The notes beneath the pieces are model-generated. The model saw only the letters and a program-made list of their open reading frames with translations, did not search any database and was not told the DNA's origin. The position numbers and the translations under genes are program-made. From an uncultured Bacteroides sp. (GTDB lineage Bacteria; Bacillota; Clostridia; Lachnospirales; Lachnospiraceae), in assembly GCA_964554405.1 (NCBI GenBank), contig CAZKOR010000001.1:19672-83671 (forward strand): DNA of 64,000 bases, written 5' to 3'. Every line of letters begins with the position of its first letter. The first letter of the stretch is position 1. Shown here piece by piece: positions 20,573-30,479 of this stretch.

Positions 20573-21643
20573 ATGATAGTTCATATTGTTGGAAACAGAC
20601 CACAGTTTATTAAATTGGCACCGCTTTATCATGAATTAGAAAAAAGAAACTATGAACAGCTCATTATTCATAGTGGACAGCATTATGATGCTAATTTATC
20701 TGAAATTTTTTTTGAAGAGCTGGCGATACCGCAGCCCTATGTCAATCTGCAGGTGGGAAGCGGAAGTCATGCAGAAATAACTGCACGGGCAATGCTTGGA
20801 TTGGAAAATGAACTGATAAAGGCACAACCGGATTTGTTGATTTTATATGGAGATACGGATACAACGCTGGCGGGAGCGTTGGTTGCATCCAAATTGAATA
20901 TACCTGCAGCGCATGTGGAAGGCGGAGAGAGAACTCATCATAAGGAGAATCCGGAAGAATGTAATAGAATTGTATCGGACCACCTGTCGGATATCATATT
21001 CTGTTCTGATAAAATATCGGTAGAAAGCGCCGGGAAAGAAGGATTAGGAGAGATATCTTTTTGGACCGGAGATATTATGTATGATACATTTCTTTCCGCT
21101 GTTCAAAAGAGCGAAGATACGCATGAGAAGGAAGAAATTATTTTAATGACATGGCATAGACAGGAAAATACGGAAAGCAAGGAACGAATGGAGAGTATTA
21201 TCCGTTTCCTTAAAATGCTGAACGGAAAGATTATCTGTCCTATGCATCCGAGAACAAGGAAATGCTTGAAAAACTTTGATTTGTGGGAGGAAATTCAGAG
21301 CATAGAAAATATAGAAATTATCGAGCCAGTCGGGTATTTGGAAATGATTGCATTAATGCAGTCAGCCAGATTGATTGTTACGGATTCAGGAGGTGTGTCC
21401 AAGGAGTCTTCTTTTGCCGGAGCGAAATGCTTATTTATGTTGGATTTGGATGTGTGGGATGATTTGGTAAAGGCAGAGTGGATTTTCAAAGTTAATCCTG
21501 AAAGTGAAGAAAGCGTAAGGCAGGCTCTTTTATTTGCACAAAAAGCGGAAAGAGTTGATGAAAAAAATCGTCCAAAATATTATGGCGACGGACATACGGC
21601 GGAAAAAATAGTTGATTTATTGGAGCAGCATTCATTTATTTAG
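20573..21643 (+). CDS. wecB: UDP-N-acetylglucosamine 2-epimerase (non-hydrolysing, WecB/WbpI-like)
   Basis: VGNRPQFIK, HSGQHYD, YGDTDTTLAG, HVEGGER, HRQEN, TDSGG. Confidence 0.88.
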   Translation: MIVHIVGNRPQFIKLAPLYHELEKRNYEQLIIHSGQHYDANLSEIFFEELAIPQPYVNLQVGSGSHAEITARAMLGLENELIKAQPDLLILYGDTDTTLAGALVASKLNIPAAHVEGGERTHHKENPEECNRIVSDHLSDIIFCSDKISVESAGKEGLGEISFWTGDIMYDTFLSAVQKSEDTHEKEEIILMTWHRQENTESKERMESIIRFLKMLNGKIICPMHPRTRKCLKNFDLWEEIQSIENIEIIEPVGYLEMIALMQSARLIVTDSGGVSKESSFAGAKCLFMLDLDVWDDLVKAEWIFKVNPESEESVRQALLFAQKAERVDEKNRPKYYGDGHTAEKIVDLLEQHSFI

Positions 21644-21665
21644 TTTATAGAAGAGGGAATATACT

Positions 21666-22739
21666 ATGAGATATGCATTAATTGGATGTGGTAGAATATC
21701 GCCAAACCATTTCGCAGCGGCCAAAGCAAATAATCTTGAAATAGTAGCCATTTGTGATTTGGTGGCCGCCAATATGAGAGATAAAATGCTGAAATTTGAT
21801 TTGGATGATACCGTAAAGCAGTACACTGATTTTGAAGAAATGCTTCAAAATGAGCATCCGGAATTGGTAGCAATTGCAACTGAGAGCGGTAAACATGCCG
21901 ATATTGCACTTAAATGTTTGGATTATGGATGTAACTTAATTATAGAAAAACCGATTGCATTATCCATAGAAGATGCTGATAAGATTATTGAGAAAGCAAA
22001 TCGTCTGCATTTAAAAGTATGTGCCAGTCATCAAAACCGCTTTAATAAATCCATTCAAAAAATTCGTGAGGCCGTAGAGAAGAATCGGTTTGGAAAAATG
22101 TTTTATGGAACTGCGCATATCAGATGGTGCAGAGACCGTGAATATTATGACAGAGCTACTTGGCGGGGCACTTGGGAACAGGACGGCGGCGCTTTGATGA
22201 ATCAATGTATTCATAATATTGATTTATTGCGTTGGATGATGGGAGATGAAGTCGAAGAGGTAGTAGGTATGACAGACCGCCTTCATCATAACTATATTGA
22301 AGCAGAGGATTTGGGAATTGCACTCATAAAGTTTAAAAACGGATCTTATGGAATTGTAGAAGGTACAACGAATGTCTATCCTTGTAATTTAGAAGAGACT
22401 CTATATTTATTTGGAGAGAAAGGAACTGTTAAAGCAGGGGGAACATCTGTTAATATTATTGAAGAATGGCGTTTTTCCGATATGCTTGATAATCCGGAAG
22501 ATGTTAAAAGGCAGTTTAATGAAAACCCACCGAATGTATATGGATATGGGCATACACCATTATATGCAGATGTAATTGATGCAATTCAAAATGACAGAAA
22601 GCCTTATGTAGATGCAGAAGCGGGAAAAAGAGCATTGGAGTTGGTATTGGCAATATACCAGTCTGCTTATACAGGAGTCTCAGTGAAACTGCCATTAGAA
22701 AAATGTGCTACAACAGATTTTAAAGAGAGGTTTCAATGA
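21666..22739 (+). CDS. Gfo/Idh/MocA oxidoreductase (WbpB/WlbA-like UDP-GlcNAcA 3-dehydrogenase)
   Basis: LIGCGRIS, IEKPIA, HQNRFN, WRGTWEQDGGALMNQCIHNID. Confidence 0.88.
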   Translation: MRYALIGCGRISPNHFAAAKANNLEIVAICDLVAANMRDKMLKFDLDDTVKQYTDFEEMLQNEHPELVAIATESGKHADIALKCLDYGCNLIIEKPIALSIEDADKIIEKANRLHLKVCASHQNRFNKSIQKIREAVEKNRFGKMFYGTAHIRWCRDREYYDRATWRGTWEQDGGALMNQCIHNIDLLRWMMGDEVEEVVGMTDRLHHNYIEAEDLGIALIKFKNGSYGIVEGTTNVYPCNLEETLYLFGEKGTVKAGGTSVNIIEEWRFSDMLDNPEDVKRQFNENPPNVYGYGHTPLYADVIDAIQNDRKPYVDAEAGKRALELVLAIYQSAYTGVSVKLPLEKCATTDFKERFQ

Positions 22740-23701
22740 CGAATAAAGAAAAATATATCCAGTTTTGCGAGAATGTATATGTCCCGATATATTCCAAGAC
22801 ATGGTGGATGGATACGGTATGTCAGCCGGAAAACTGGGATGTCTGGCTATATGAGAAAGGAAATGATATTCTTGCGGCAATGCCATACTATATGGAAACA
22901 AGAGGAGCATATAAATATATTACCAAAGCGCCTTTGACCCAGAACAATGGCATTATTTTTAAATATTTTAAAGACAGTAAACCGGAAACAAAAGCAAAGT
23001 TTCAAGAGCATGTAATTGATGAAGCAAATGAGTTCATTGAATCAATGGGCTTGGATGTATACGAGCAGCAATATCATTACAGCTTTGATAACTGGCTTCC
23101 TTTTTATTGGAATCAATATACTTCAATGACAAGGTATACTTATGTATTGGAAGATACTTCGGATTTGGATGTATTGTGGGATGGCGTGTCATCAAGTTAT
23201 AGAAATATTATTAGAAAAGGCTATAAAATTGCAAATGTTTGCGAAGGAAATGATGCAGATGAATTTTGGAATCTGCATAAAAATGTTTTTAGTAAACAAG
23301 GATTAGAATGCCCATTTCCGTATGATTTATGGATACGTTTGTATGAGACATGCAAAGCGCATGATTGTGGGAAAATATTATATGCAAAAGATGAAAAGGA
23401 TCGAATTTTGAGTATTATTTTCCTGATTTGGGATGAACAGTCTGTGTATCATTTACTCGGTGGAAGTATGCCGGAATATCAGAATATGCAGACATATGAT
23501 ATGTTAATTTGGGAAGGTATAAAGTTTGCCTCACAAATGCATTTGAAATATGATTTTGAAGGCTCCGTCATAAAAAGGATATCAAAATCCATGCGCCAGT
23601 TCGGAGGAAAGCCAATGCCGTATTTTAGAATACGAAAGGTTTTTAATCCTGAGATAATAAGAGCTGAAGCTGAAAAACAGATATTGTCATTGGAAAAATA
23701 A
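22736..23701 (+). CDS. GNAT/FemAB-like acyltransferase
   Basis: PIYSKTWW, RYTYVL, YHLLGG, LIWEGI, YDFEGS...QFGG pattern of the Acetyltransf_6/FemAB-related family. Confidence 0.7.
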   Translation: MTNKEKYIQFCENVYVPIYSKTWWMDTVCQPENWDVWLYEKGNDILAAMPYYMETRGAYKYITKAPLTQNNGIIFKYFKDSKPETKAKFQEHVIDEANEFIESMGLDVYEQQYHYSFDNWLPFYWNQYTSMTRYTYVLEDTSDLDVLWDGVSSSYRNIIRKGYKIANVCEGNDADEFWNLHKNVFSKQGLECPFPYDLWIRLYETCKAHDCGKILYAKDEKDRILSIIFLIWDEQSVYHLLGGSMPEYQNMQTYDMLIWEGIKFASQMHLKYDFEGSVIKRISKSMRQFGGKPMPYFRIRKVFNPEIIRAEAEKQILSLEK

Positions 23702-23708
23702 GAAAGGC

Positions 23709-24866
23709 ATGGTTATTAATATGGAATTTCGTGATTTAAAAACGCAATATCTGAAACATAAAGATGCAATAGATTCTGCTGTACAGAATGTGCTGTTGAG
23801 TGGACATTTTATAGGAGGAGAGCCTGTTGCAGAATTGGAAGAGAAACTGGCGGATTATGTAGGCGTCAAACATTGTATCACCTGTGCTAATGGCACGGAT
23901 GCCCTGCAGTTGGCTTTAATGGCTTGGAATATAGGTGAGGGTGATGCCGTATTTGTTCCTGATTTTACATTTTTTTCGACTGCGGAAGTCGTTCCGTGGT
24001 TAAAAGCCGTTCCTGTTTTCGTAGATGTAGATGAGAATACTTTTAATATATCTGCACAATCATTGGAGGAGGCAGTTCAGCGTATTCTGAAAGACGGCAA
24101 ACTGGTTCCTAAGGCAGTAATTGCAGTTGATTTATTTGGACAGCCCGCAGATTATAGCGCGATTAGAAGTGTAACAGAGAAATATCATCTGCTTCTGTTA
24201 GAAGATGGAGCGCAGGGATTTGGCGGAAGAGTTGGTGAAAAAAGGGCATGTAGTTTTGGTGACATTGCAACGACTTCTTTTTTCCCGTCTAAACCGCTTG
24301 GATGCTATGGCGATGGCGGCGCCGTATTTACGGATAATGATGAATGGGCAGAATTGATTCGTTCTTTTAAAGTGCATGGAAAAGGTGCAGATAAGTATGA
24401 TAATGTAAGAATCGGGATGAATTCCAGGTTAGATACATTGCAGGCTGCGGTTTTAATTGAGAAACTGAAATTTTTGGATGAAGAATTGGCGCGATGTAAT
24501 GATACGGCAGCGGAATATACGAAACTGTTAAGCGGCATTGTAAAGACGCCGGTTGTTATGCCGCAGATGTGTTCTGCATGGGCGCAGTATACTATACGTT
24601 TTACGGACAAAGAGCATAGAGAGCAGTTAAGCATACGGTTAAAGGAAGAAGGGATTCCGACAGCAGTTTATTATATAAAACCTCTACATTTGCAGAAAGC
24701 ATTTCAGGATGTGCAATCATGGAAGGGAGGGCATGAAAACTATAAAGTGACGGAGGAAATATGCGGTACATGTTTATCTCTTCCGATGCATGGTTATATA
24801 CAGATGCATGAAATAAAAAAGGTTTGTGATATATTGAAATCAGCAGTAGAGAATGTAGGGTCATAG
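23709..24866 (+). CDS. DegT/DnrJ/EryC1/StrS aminotransferase (WbpE-like)
   Basis: CANGTDAL, EDGAQGFG, SFFPSKPLGCYGDGG, GMNSRLDTLQAA. Confidence 0.92.
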   Translation: MVINMEFRDLKTQYLKHKDAIDSAVQNVLLSGHFIGGEPVAELEEKLADYVGVKHCITCANGTDALQLALMAWNIGEGDAVFVPDFTFFSTAEVVPWLKAVPVFVDVDENTFNISAQSLEEAVQRILKDGKLVPKAVIAVDLFGQPADYSAIRSVTEKYHLLLLEDGAQGFGGRVGEKRACSFGDIATTSFFPSKPLGCYGDGGAVFTDNDEWAELIRSFKVHGKGADKYDNVRIGMNSRLDTLQAAVLIEKLKFLDEELARCNDTAAEYTKLLSGIVKTPVVMPQMCSAWAQYTIRFTDKEHREQLSIRLKEEGIPTAVYYIKPLHLQKAFQDVQSWKGGHENYKVTEEICGTCLSLPMHGYIQMHEIKKVCDILKSAVENVGS

Positions 24867-24883
24867 AGAACGAGGGCTGATGC

Positions 24884-26152
24884 ATGGAGAAGACACAGAT
24901 AAATATGAAGCCTGATATGTATTTCATTACCAAAGAATTTCCTTATGAGCATGGAGAAGATTCTTTTGTAAAGCCGGAATACCCCTATTTATGTGAAAAA
25001 TTCAATGTATTGGTCATTGCGGCTGAAATTGCAAAAGATGGGAAAGAGTTACAGGAAGAAGGTATACGGGCCTGTTCGATTTCTATGTCTCAGGGTTTAT
25101 GGGATAAGGTAATTTCATTATTACAGTTTCTATGTGAAAAAGACTGTTATACTGAAATGGCAGCTATTATCAGGAGCAGGCAAATGATTCTGAAGAGAAT
25201 ATGCAGAGCGCTTATGTTCGGGACAGCTGCGGAAACATTTTATCGTAGATTAAAGAAAAAGATTGGTCTTAACAGTTCTACCAATGCGCTTTTTTATTTT
25301 TACTGGTTTGATTATAAATGCTTTGGATTGACTATGCATAAACATAAATTTCCGAATATAAAGATTGTAGCCAGAACGCATGGATACGATTTATACGATT
25401 ACCGGGAGTTATATGGCAGACAGTTTTTTAAATCACAGATGGATGCGAAACTAGACCGGCTGGTTTTTGCAGCGCAGTTTGCAAAGGATTATTATCTGGA
25501 AAGATATCAGAAACCGGATAATGGAAAATATCCTTTACATCGTTTAGGGGTAGAGGATAAGAATATATCAGTAGATGTCAGAAAAAATAAGTACAAAAAA
25601 GATTTTCTTTTGCTGAGTTGTTCTAGTGTCGTCAATATAAAGAGGATTGATTATATTATAGAAGGTTTATCTACCATTACCAATACTCGGATCAGATGGA
25701 CTCATATTGGTGGAGGGGATATGCTTCTTGCATTACAGGAGATGGCTAGGCAGAAACTTGGAGATAATATTCAATTTGAGTTTTTGGGTAATCTGGAGAA
25801 TGCGGAAGTGCTCGAGTTTTATAGGAACCATTATGTCAGTTGTTTTATTACAACTACTTCTACGGAAGGTGGTTCACCGGTTTCAGTACAGGAGGCGCTT
25901 TCATTTGGGGTACCGGTACTAGCGACTGAGATAGGAGAATTGTCATTAATGGTAGAGCGTAATGGGGTTTTACTGAATGATAACCCAACGCAGGAAGAAA
26001 TAGGTACAGCTATTGAATATATGGTAAAGATTTATGGCACTGAAGAGTATTTTAGTATGTGTGAACAATCTTTGAGAATTTTTAAGAATAAATTTGATGC
26101 TGTTCAAAATTTTGATTCAATAGTGAAAGAACTGGAGCAAGTCATTGCATAA
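24884..26152 (+). CDS. GT4 glycosyltransferase (AmsK-like)
   Basis: FPYEHGEDSF, RTHGYDLY, WTHIGGG, STEGGSPVSVQEALSFG. Confidence 0.85.
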   Translation: MEKTQINMKPDMYFITKEFPYEHGEDSFVKPEYPYLCEKFNVLVIAAEIAKDGKELQEEGIRACSISMSQGLWDKVISLLQFLCEKDCYTEMAAIIRSRQMILKRICRALMFGTAAETFYRRLKKKIGLNSSTNALFYFYWFDYKCFGLTMHKHKFPNIKIVARTHGYDLYDYRELYGRQFFKSQMDAKLDRLVFAAQFAKDYYLERYQKPDNGKYPLHRLGVEDKNISVDVRKNKYKKDFLLLSCSSVVNIKRIDYIIEGLSTITNTRIRWTHIGGGDMLLALQEMARQKLGDNIQFEFLGNLENAEVLEFYRNHYVSCFITTTSTEGGSPVSVQEALSFGVPVLATEIGELSLMVERNGVLLNDNPTQEEIGTAIEYMVKIYGTEEYFSMCEQSLRIFKNKFDAVQNFDSIVKELEQVIA

Positions 26153-26213
26153 GAAAGTAACATGATAACGTGAGAATAGTTGTACAGATTGGGGAGGTAG
26201 AACGGACAATAAG

Positions 26214-27584
26214 ATGAATAAAATGGAAGAGTTGGATTTTTTGCTTGTATATGAACATAAAGTCAGAGAATTGGAGAACTTGTGTCTGATCAAGTATGAA
26301 TTAGATAAAAGAGGATATAAAACAAAGATAATTCATATTGAAGATAAAAATGCGTTAAAAGCTATGCGTCCTATCTACCATGCGAAAGTAGTTGTAATGA
26401 TGGCATGTTATGATAATAAAACAATAGAATGGCATACAAAAAACTATGTCAAATTCGATAAAATCATTGATTTACAGTGGGAAAACATTGTTTTTCCCAT
26501 GGATGAGAAAGATACAAATGCCTATAAAAACTATTCTGGTGTTGCAAAGGATGTTGTTAGAGTTTCTTGGGGCGAGATGAACAAGAAGCGTATGTTAGAA
26601 GCTGCTAAGATGGATCCTAGGAAAGTTAAACTGATAGGACATGTTGGCATGGATTTTTTGCGGAATGAGCTGAGGGGGTATTATCTTTCAAAGGAAGTGG
26701 TATTAAAAGATTATGATATCCCAATGGATAAGAAGATATTTCTTTTCATTTCCCCTTATTTTTCGGATACACATACAGAAGAGTATTTGCAGCTGATGTG
26801 TAAGCGATTCGGAGAAGGATGGAGATATTACTACAAAGACTGTATGCTTCCCTCTAAAAAAATAATTTTAGATTGGATGGGAAAAATATGTGAAAAAAGA
26901 GACGACGTGGTATTTGTTTATCGCCCTCATCCCGGAGAAGAAAGCAAACAGGCTGATGAGATGGTAAAGAAATATCCAAATTTTAAGGTGATTGGAACAG
27001 ATTCCGTAAAACAGTGGATTTTGATTAGCGATAAGATATATACGGGAAACAGTTCCACCTTTGTAGAAGCATTCTTTGCGAAGAAAATGTGTTATCTGTT
27101 ATTCCCGGTTCCGGTTCCGTCTGATTATGAGCTTGCTTTCCTGAAGGATGCGGATAAGATTTCTGAGTTTGAAGATTTTGAAAAGACTACGCATGAGGAT
27201 AACAGACCGTTTCCTGTCAGTGAAAAATTGATTGACGAAGTCTATACCATTGACTGGGACAAGCCAAGCTATCTGAAATTTGCGGACATGGCGGAGGAGG
27301 TCATTAAAAATCCGTATTATCAGCTGACAAAAGAACAGTTAAAAGCATACTATCATAAGATGGGAACGGCTGAAAAGATTACTAAGGCATTAACGAAGAC
27401 GCCATTATATGATGTGTATTTGTCTATGCTGGAACATGATACTCCTAAGTGGAAGTGGTTGGAGACAAAGCGGGAAGCAAGAAGAAAACTTGAGCAGATT
27501 GCCGATGATTTTGAAAAGACAAGTGATGAAGAGATAGCGGGGATTATTGCAAAAATTGCAAAAGAGATAGAAGGAGGAAAATGA
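26214..27584 (+). CDS. Surface carbohydrate biosynthesis protein (GT-B-like, possible CMP-ulosonate transferase)
   Basis: YEHKVRELE N-terminus, SWG, YRPHPGE, SVKQWI, SST.VEA; directly upstream of a cytidylyltransferase. Confidence 0.6.
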   Translation: MNKMEELDFLLVYEHKVRELENLCLIKYELDKRGYKTKIIHIEDKNALKAMRPIYHAKVVVMMACYDNKTIEWHTKNYVKFDKIIDLQWENIVFPMDEKDTNAYKNYSGVAKDVVRVSWGEMNKKRMLEAAKMDPRKVKLIGHVGMDFLRNELRGYYLSKEVVLKDYDIPMDKKIFLFISPYFSDTHTEEYLQLMCKRFGEGWRYYYKDCMLPSKKIILDWMGKICEKRDDVVFVYRPHPGEESKQADEMVKKYPNFKVIGTDSVKQWILISDKIYTGNSSTFVEAFFAKKMCYLLFPVPVPSDYELAFLKDADKISEFEDFEKTTHEDNRPFPVSEKLIDEVYTIDWDKPSYLKFADMAEEVIKNPYYQLTKEQLKAYYHKMGTAEKITKALTKTPLYDVYLSMLEHDTPKWKWLETKREARRKLEQIADDFEKTSDEEIAGIIAKIAKEIEGGK

Positions 27585-27585
27585 G

Positions 27586-28266
27586 ATGAGTGAGAAAATT
27601 ACAGCAGTCGTGCCGGTGAAAGGGAGCAGCACCCGTCTGCCTAATAAGAACATATTGCCTTTTGGCGATTCTAATTTATTACAACACAAAATCGAGCAGC
27701 TGAAACAGGTGAAGGGGCTTCATGAGATTATTGTCTCCTCTGATTCCGACGAGATGCTTGCTATCGGTGAAAAATGCGGCGTGAAGGCGATTAAGAGACC
27801 GATTCAGTATGCTAATGAGTCTGTACCGTTCGGCATGTTTTTGGAGTATTTGTGCGATACCATCGAGGGAGACCATCTTTTGTATGCCTGTGCAACATCT
27901 CCCTGTGTAGAACCATATCTTTACGAGAAAGCAATAAAGGTATACTTTGAAAAGCTGAAAGAGGGATATGATTCCCTAATCACAGTATCTCCTTATCAGA
28001 CCTATCTGATGGATGATAACGGACCCTTGAATTTCAAGATGGGGTTGGAACATAAAAATTCTGAGCAGCTGCCTATGATGTATCATTTCACGAACGGGAT
28101 TGATTTAGCGCCTACTGAGAAAGTGCGGGAGTGGCATTATAACTACGGTCCCAAATATTATCAGCTTGTGATTAATAAGCGCGAGGCGGCGGATATTGAC
28201 GATTTGTATGATTATGAGATGGCAAAGGCACTCTATGCGATGAAAGACCCCAATCCAACGATATAA
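27586..28266 (+). CDS. Acylneuraminate/ulosonate cytidylyltransferase (NeuA-like)
   Basis: VVPVKGSSTRLPNKN, VSSDS, TSP, DIDDLYDY. Confidence 0.85.
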   Translation: MSEKITAVVPVKGSSTRLPNKNILPFGDSNLLQHKIEQLKQVKGLHEIIVSSDSDEMLAIGEKCGVKAIKRPIQYANESVPFGMFLEYLCDTIEGDHLLYACATSPCVEPYLYEKAIKVYFEKLKEGYDSLITVSPYQTYLMDDNGPLNFKMGLEHKNSEQLPMMYHFTNGIDLAPTEKVREWHYNYGPKYYQLVINKREAADIDDLYDYEMAKALYAMKDPNPTI

Positions 28267-28306
28267 TGATGATATAAAGAGTTAAAGCGAGAGTAAAGGA
28301 AAGAAT

Positions 28307-29878
28307 ATGACTAATATTAAATTATTGGATTGCACTTTACGGGATGGCGGTTATATAAATGACTGGAATTTCGGATATCATACGATTAGAAGAATTATCA
28401 GGCAGTTAGTAGACTCCCAGGTTGATTATGTGGAGATTGGCTTTCTTAGGAACTGTGAATATGACAGAGATAAAGCGTTATACAATAATTGCAGTGAAAT
28501 GATACCCGTGCTTCCTGAAAAAAAAGGAAATACTATGTTTACTGCTATGGCGCTTCACAATAAATATGATATTAGTAAATTGGAAGATTATGACGGTAAA
28601 ACAATCGATGCTGTCCGTGTGACTTTTCATGATTACGATATTGATGAAGGGCTTGCTTATATAAGTAAAGTGAAAGAAAAAGGTTATAAGGTGTTCTGCA
28701 ATCCGATTAATATTATGGGATATTCCGATGAGATGATTCTAAATCTTTTACAAAAGGTAAATCAGATTCAACCATATGCTTTTTCTATTGTTGATACTTT
28801 CGGCTCCATGATGAAGTCGGATTTGCTTCGTATTTATTCGTTGATAGAGCACAATCTGGATAAGTCTGTTGTGATAGGTCTGCACCTTCATGAAAACCTT
28901 GCGCTGTCCTATTCGCTGGCGCAGGAGTTTATTGCAATGAAAGCAAGCGAGAGAAAAAGCGTTATTGATGCTTCCATGCTTGGTATGGGCAGAACGCCGG
29001 GGAATTTGTGCATGGAATTGATTATGGATTATATGAATAAGACACAGGGAGCTGTCTATGATGTAAATCCTGTGCTGGATGGTATTGACGATCATATTAT
29101 TCAATTAAAGCAAATAGAGCCATGGGGGTACAGTACTGCCTATGCGCTGTCTGCGAAGTTCAATCTGCATAGAAATTATGCGGAATTCCTGCTTGGTAAG
29201 GGTCGTCTTCGCGCCAAACAGATTAATCATATATTGGCAAGCATTGAAAATGATAAGAAAACTGCTTATGATGAATCCTATATTGAAGACCTGTATCAGA
29301 AATTCCAGAATCATGAGGTAGATGATTCCGGGATTCTTGCAAAACTTCAGGATAATCTGAAAGGGAGAAAGATATTGATTCTGGCGCCCGGTTCCAGTCT
29401 TTTGAAGCAGAGGAATGAAATAGAAAGTTTCTTGCAAAGCGAAGAACCGATTATTATATCGGCTAATTTTGCTTCCGGCGACTATCAGCAGGACTATATT
29501 TTCTGTTCCAATGCCATGAGGTATGGCGCGCTTGCAGAAAGGGAGCCTGGCAGTGTTATTCTGATTACATCCAATTTGATAGACGTGTGTGAGGAGCAGA
29601 ATGTGCTGAATTACTCGGAACTCTGTTTTGACGAAAAAGGAAATTGTGACAATTGTGTCATTATGTTGCTGAAGCTTTTGATAAAGCTGGGGATGGAGCA
29701 AGTGTATATTGCAGGATTTGACGGTTATCAGGAGAAAGGCGGCAACTATGTTACTTCTTATATGGCAAGCCAGCACACTAAAGGAATGGAGGAAAATATT
29801 AAGAACCGGAGATATATGGAGGACATTCGAAAGCAGTTGGAGGTTGTGTTTTTGACGGAGTCATTATATAATAAATGA
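28307..29878 (+). CDS. DRE-TIM (HMGL/4-hydroxy-2-oxovalerate aldolase-like) protein with an extra C-terminal Rossmann-like domain
   Basis: LDCTLRDGGY, IVDTFGSM, GLHLHENL, GMGRTPGNL; C-terminal ILAPGSSL..ISAN..IAGFDGY. Confidence 0.85.
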   Translation: MTNIKLLDCTLRDGGYINDWNFGYHTIRRIIRQLVDSQVDYVEIGFLRNCEYDRDKALYNNCSEMIPVLPEKKGNTMFTAMALHNKYDISKLEDYDGKTIDAVRVTFHDYDIDEGLAYISKVKEKGYKVFCNPINIMGYSDEMILNLLQKVNQIQPYAFSIVDTFGSMMKSDLLRIYSLIEHNLDKSVVIGLHLHENLALSYSLAQEFIAMKASERKSVIDASMLGMGRTPGNLCMELIMDYMNKTQGAVYDVNPVLDGIDDHIIQLKQIEPWGYSTAYALSAKFNLHRNYAEFLLGKGRLRAKQINHILASIENDKKTAYDESYIEDLYQKFQNHEVDDSGILAKLQDNLKGRKILILAPGSSLLKQRNEIESFLQSEEPIIISANFASGDYQQDYIFCSNAMRYGALAEREPGSVILITSNLIDVCEEQNVLNYSELCFDEKGNCDNCVIMLLKLLIKLGMEQVYIAGFDGYQEKGGNYVTSYMASQHTKGMEENIKNRRYMEDIRKQLEVVFLTESLYNK

Positions 29879-29887
29879 GGTATTGTA

Positions 29888-30433
29888 ATGGAAGGAGACA
29901 CTGCATTGGATAAGAGTAGATTGAGAAAAATAAAATATCTTGTTATTGATGTAGATGGAACCATGACAGATGCCGGAATTTATTATGACGAACATGGAAA
30001 TGAGTTGAAGAAATTTTGCACAAAGGATGCAGCGGGTTTTTTTACTGCTCATCAAGTAGGTATTAAGCTGATGGTTTTAACGGGAAGAGAATGCCAGGCA
30101 ACCACTCGTAGGATGCAGGAAATGAAATTTGACTATATTGTGCAGAATATTAAAGATAAAGCAGCTTTTTTGCAGGATTTTATGGAGCAAAACGGTATAG
30201 AGGGATATGAGCTGGGTTACATAGGTGATGATTTAAATGATTTAGCGCCTATGAGATTGTGTGGATTTATTGGTTGTCCTGCGGATGCTTGTGAAGAGGT
30301 CAAGCTGGCTGCAGATTATATTTCAGGAATTTGCGGCGGTTATGGTGCTGTCAGGGATATTATCAGTGCTATGCTAAAAGTTCGTGGGGAGTGGGAACAG
30401 GCTTTATCAGATGTTTATGAGGCGGGAACGTAA
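29888..30433 (+). CDS. KdsC/YrbI-like HAD phosphatase
   Basis: DVDGTMTDAGIYY, KDAAG, LTGR, YIGDDLND, GGYGAVR. Confidence 0.88.
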   Translation: MEGDTALDKSRLRKIKYLVIDVDGTMTDAGIYYDEHGNELKKFCTKDAAGFFTAHQVGIKLMVLTGRECQATTRRMQEMKFDYIVQNIKDKAAFLQDFMEQNGIEGYELGYIGDDLNDLAPMRLCGFIGCPADACEEVKLAADYISGICGGYGAVRDIISAMLKVRGEWEQALSDVYEAGT

Positions 30434-30479
30434 TAAGAAAGTGAAAGTCGGTTATAGAAGCAAGGAGACTTTTGAATAT

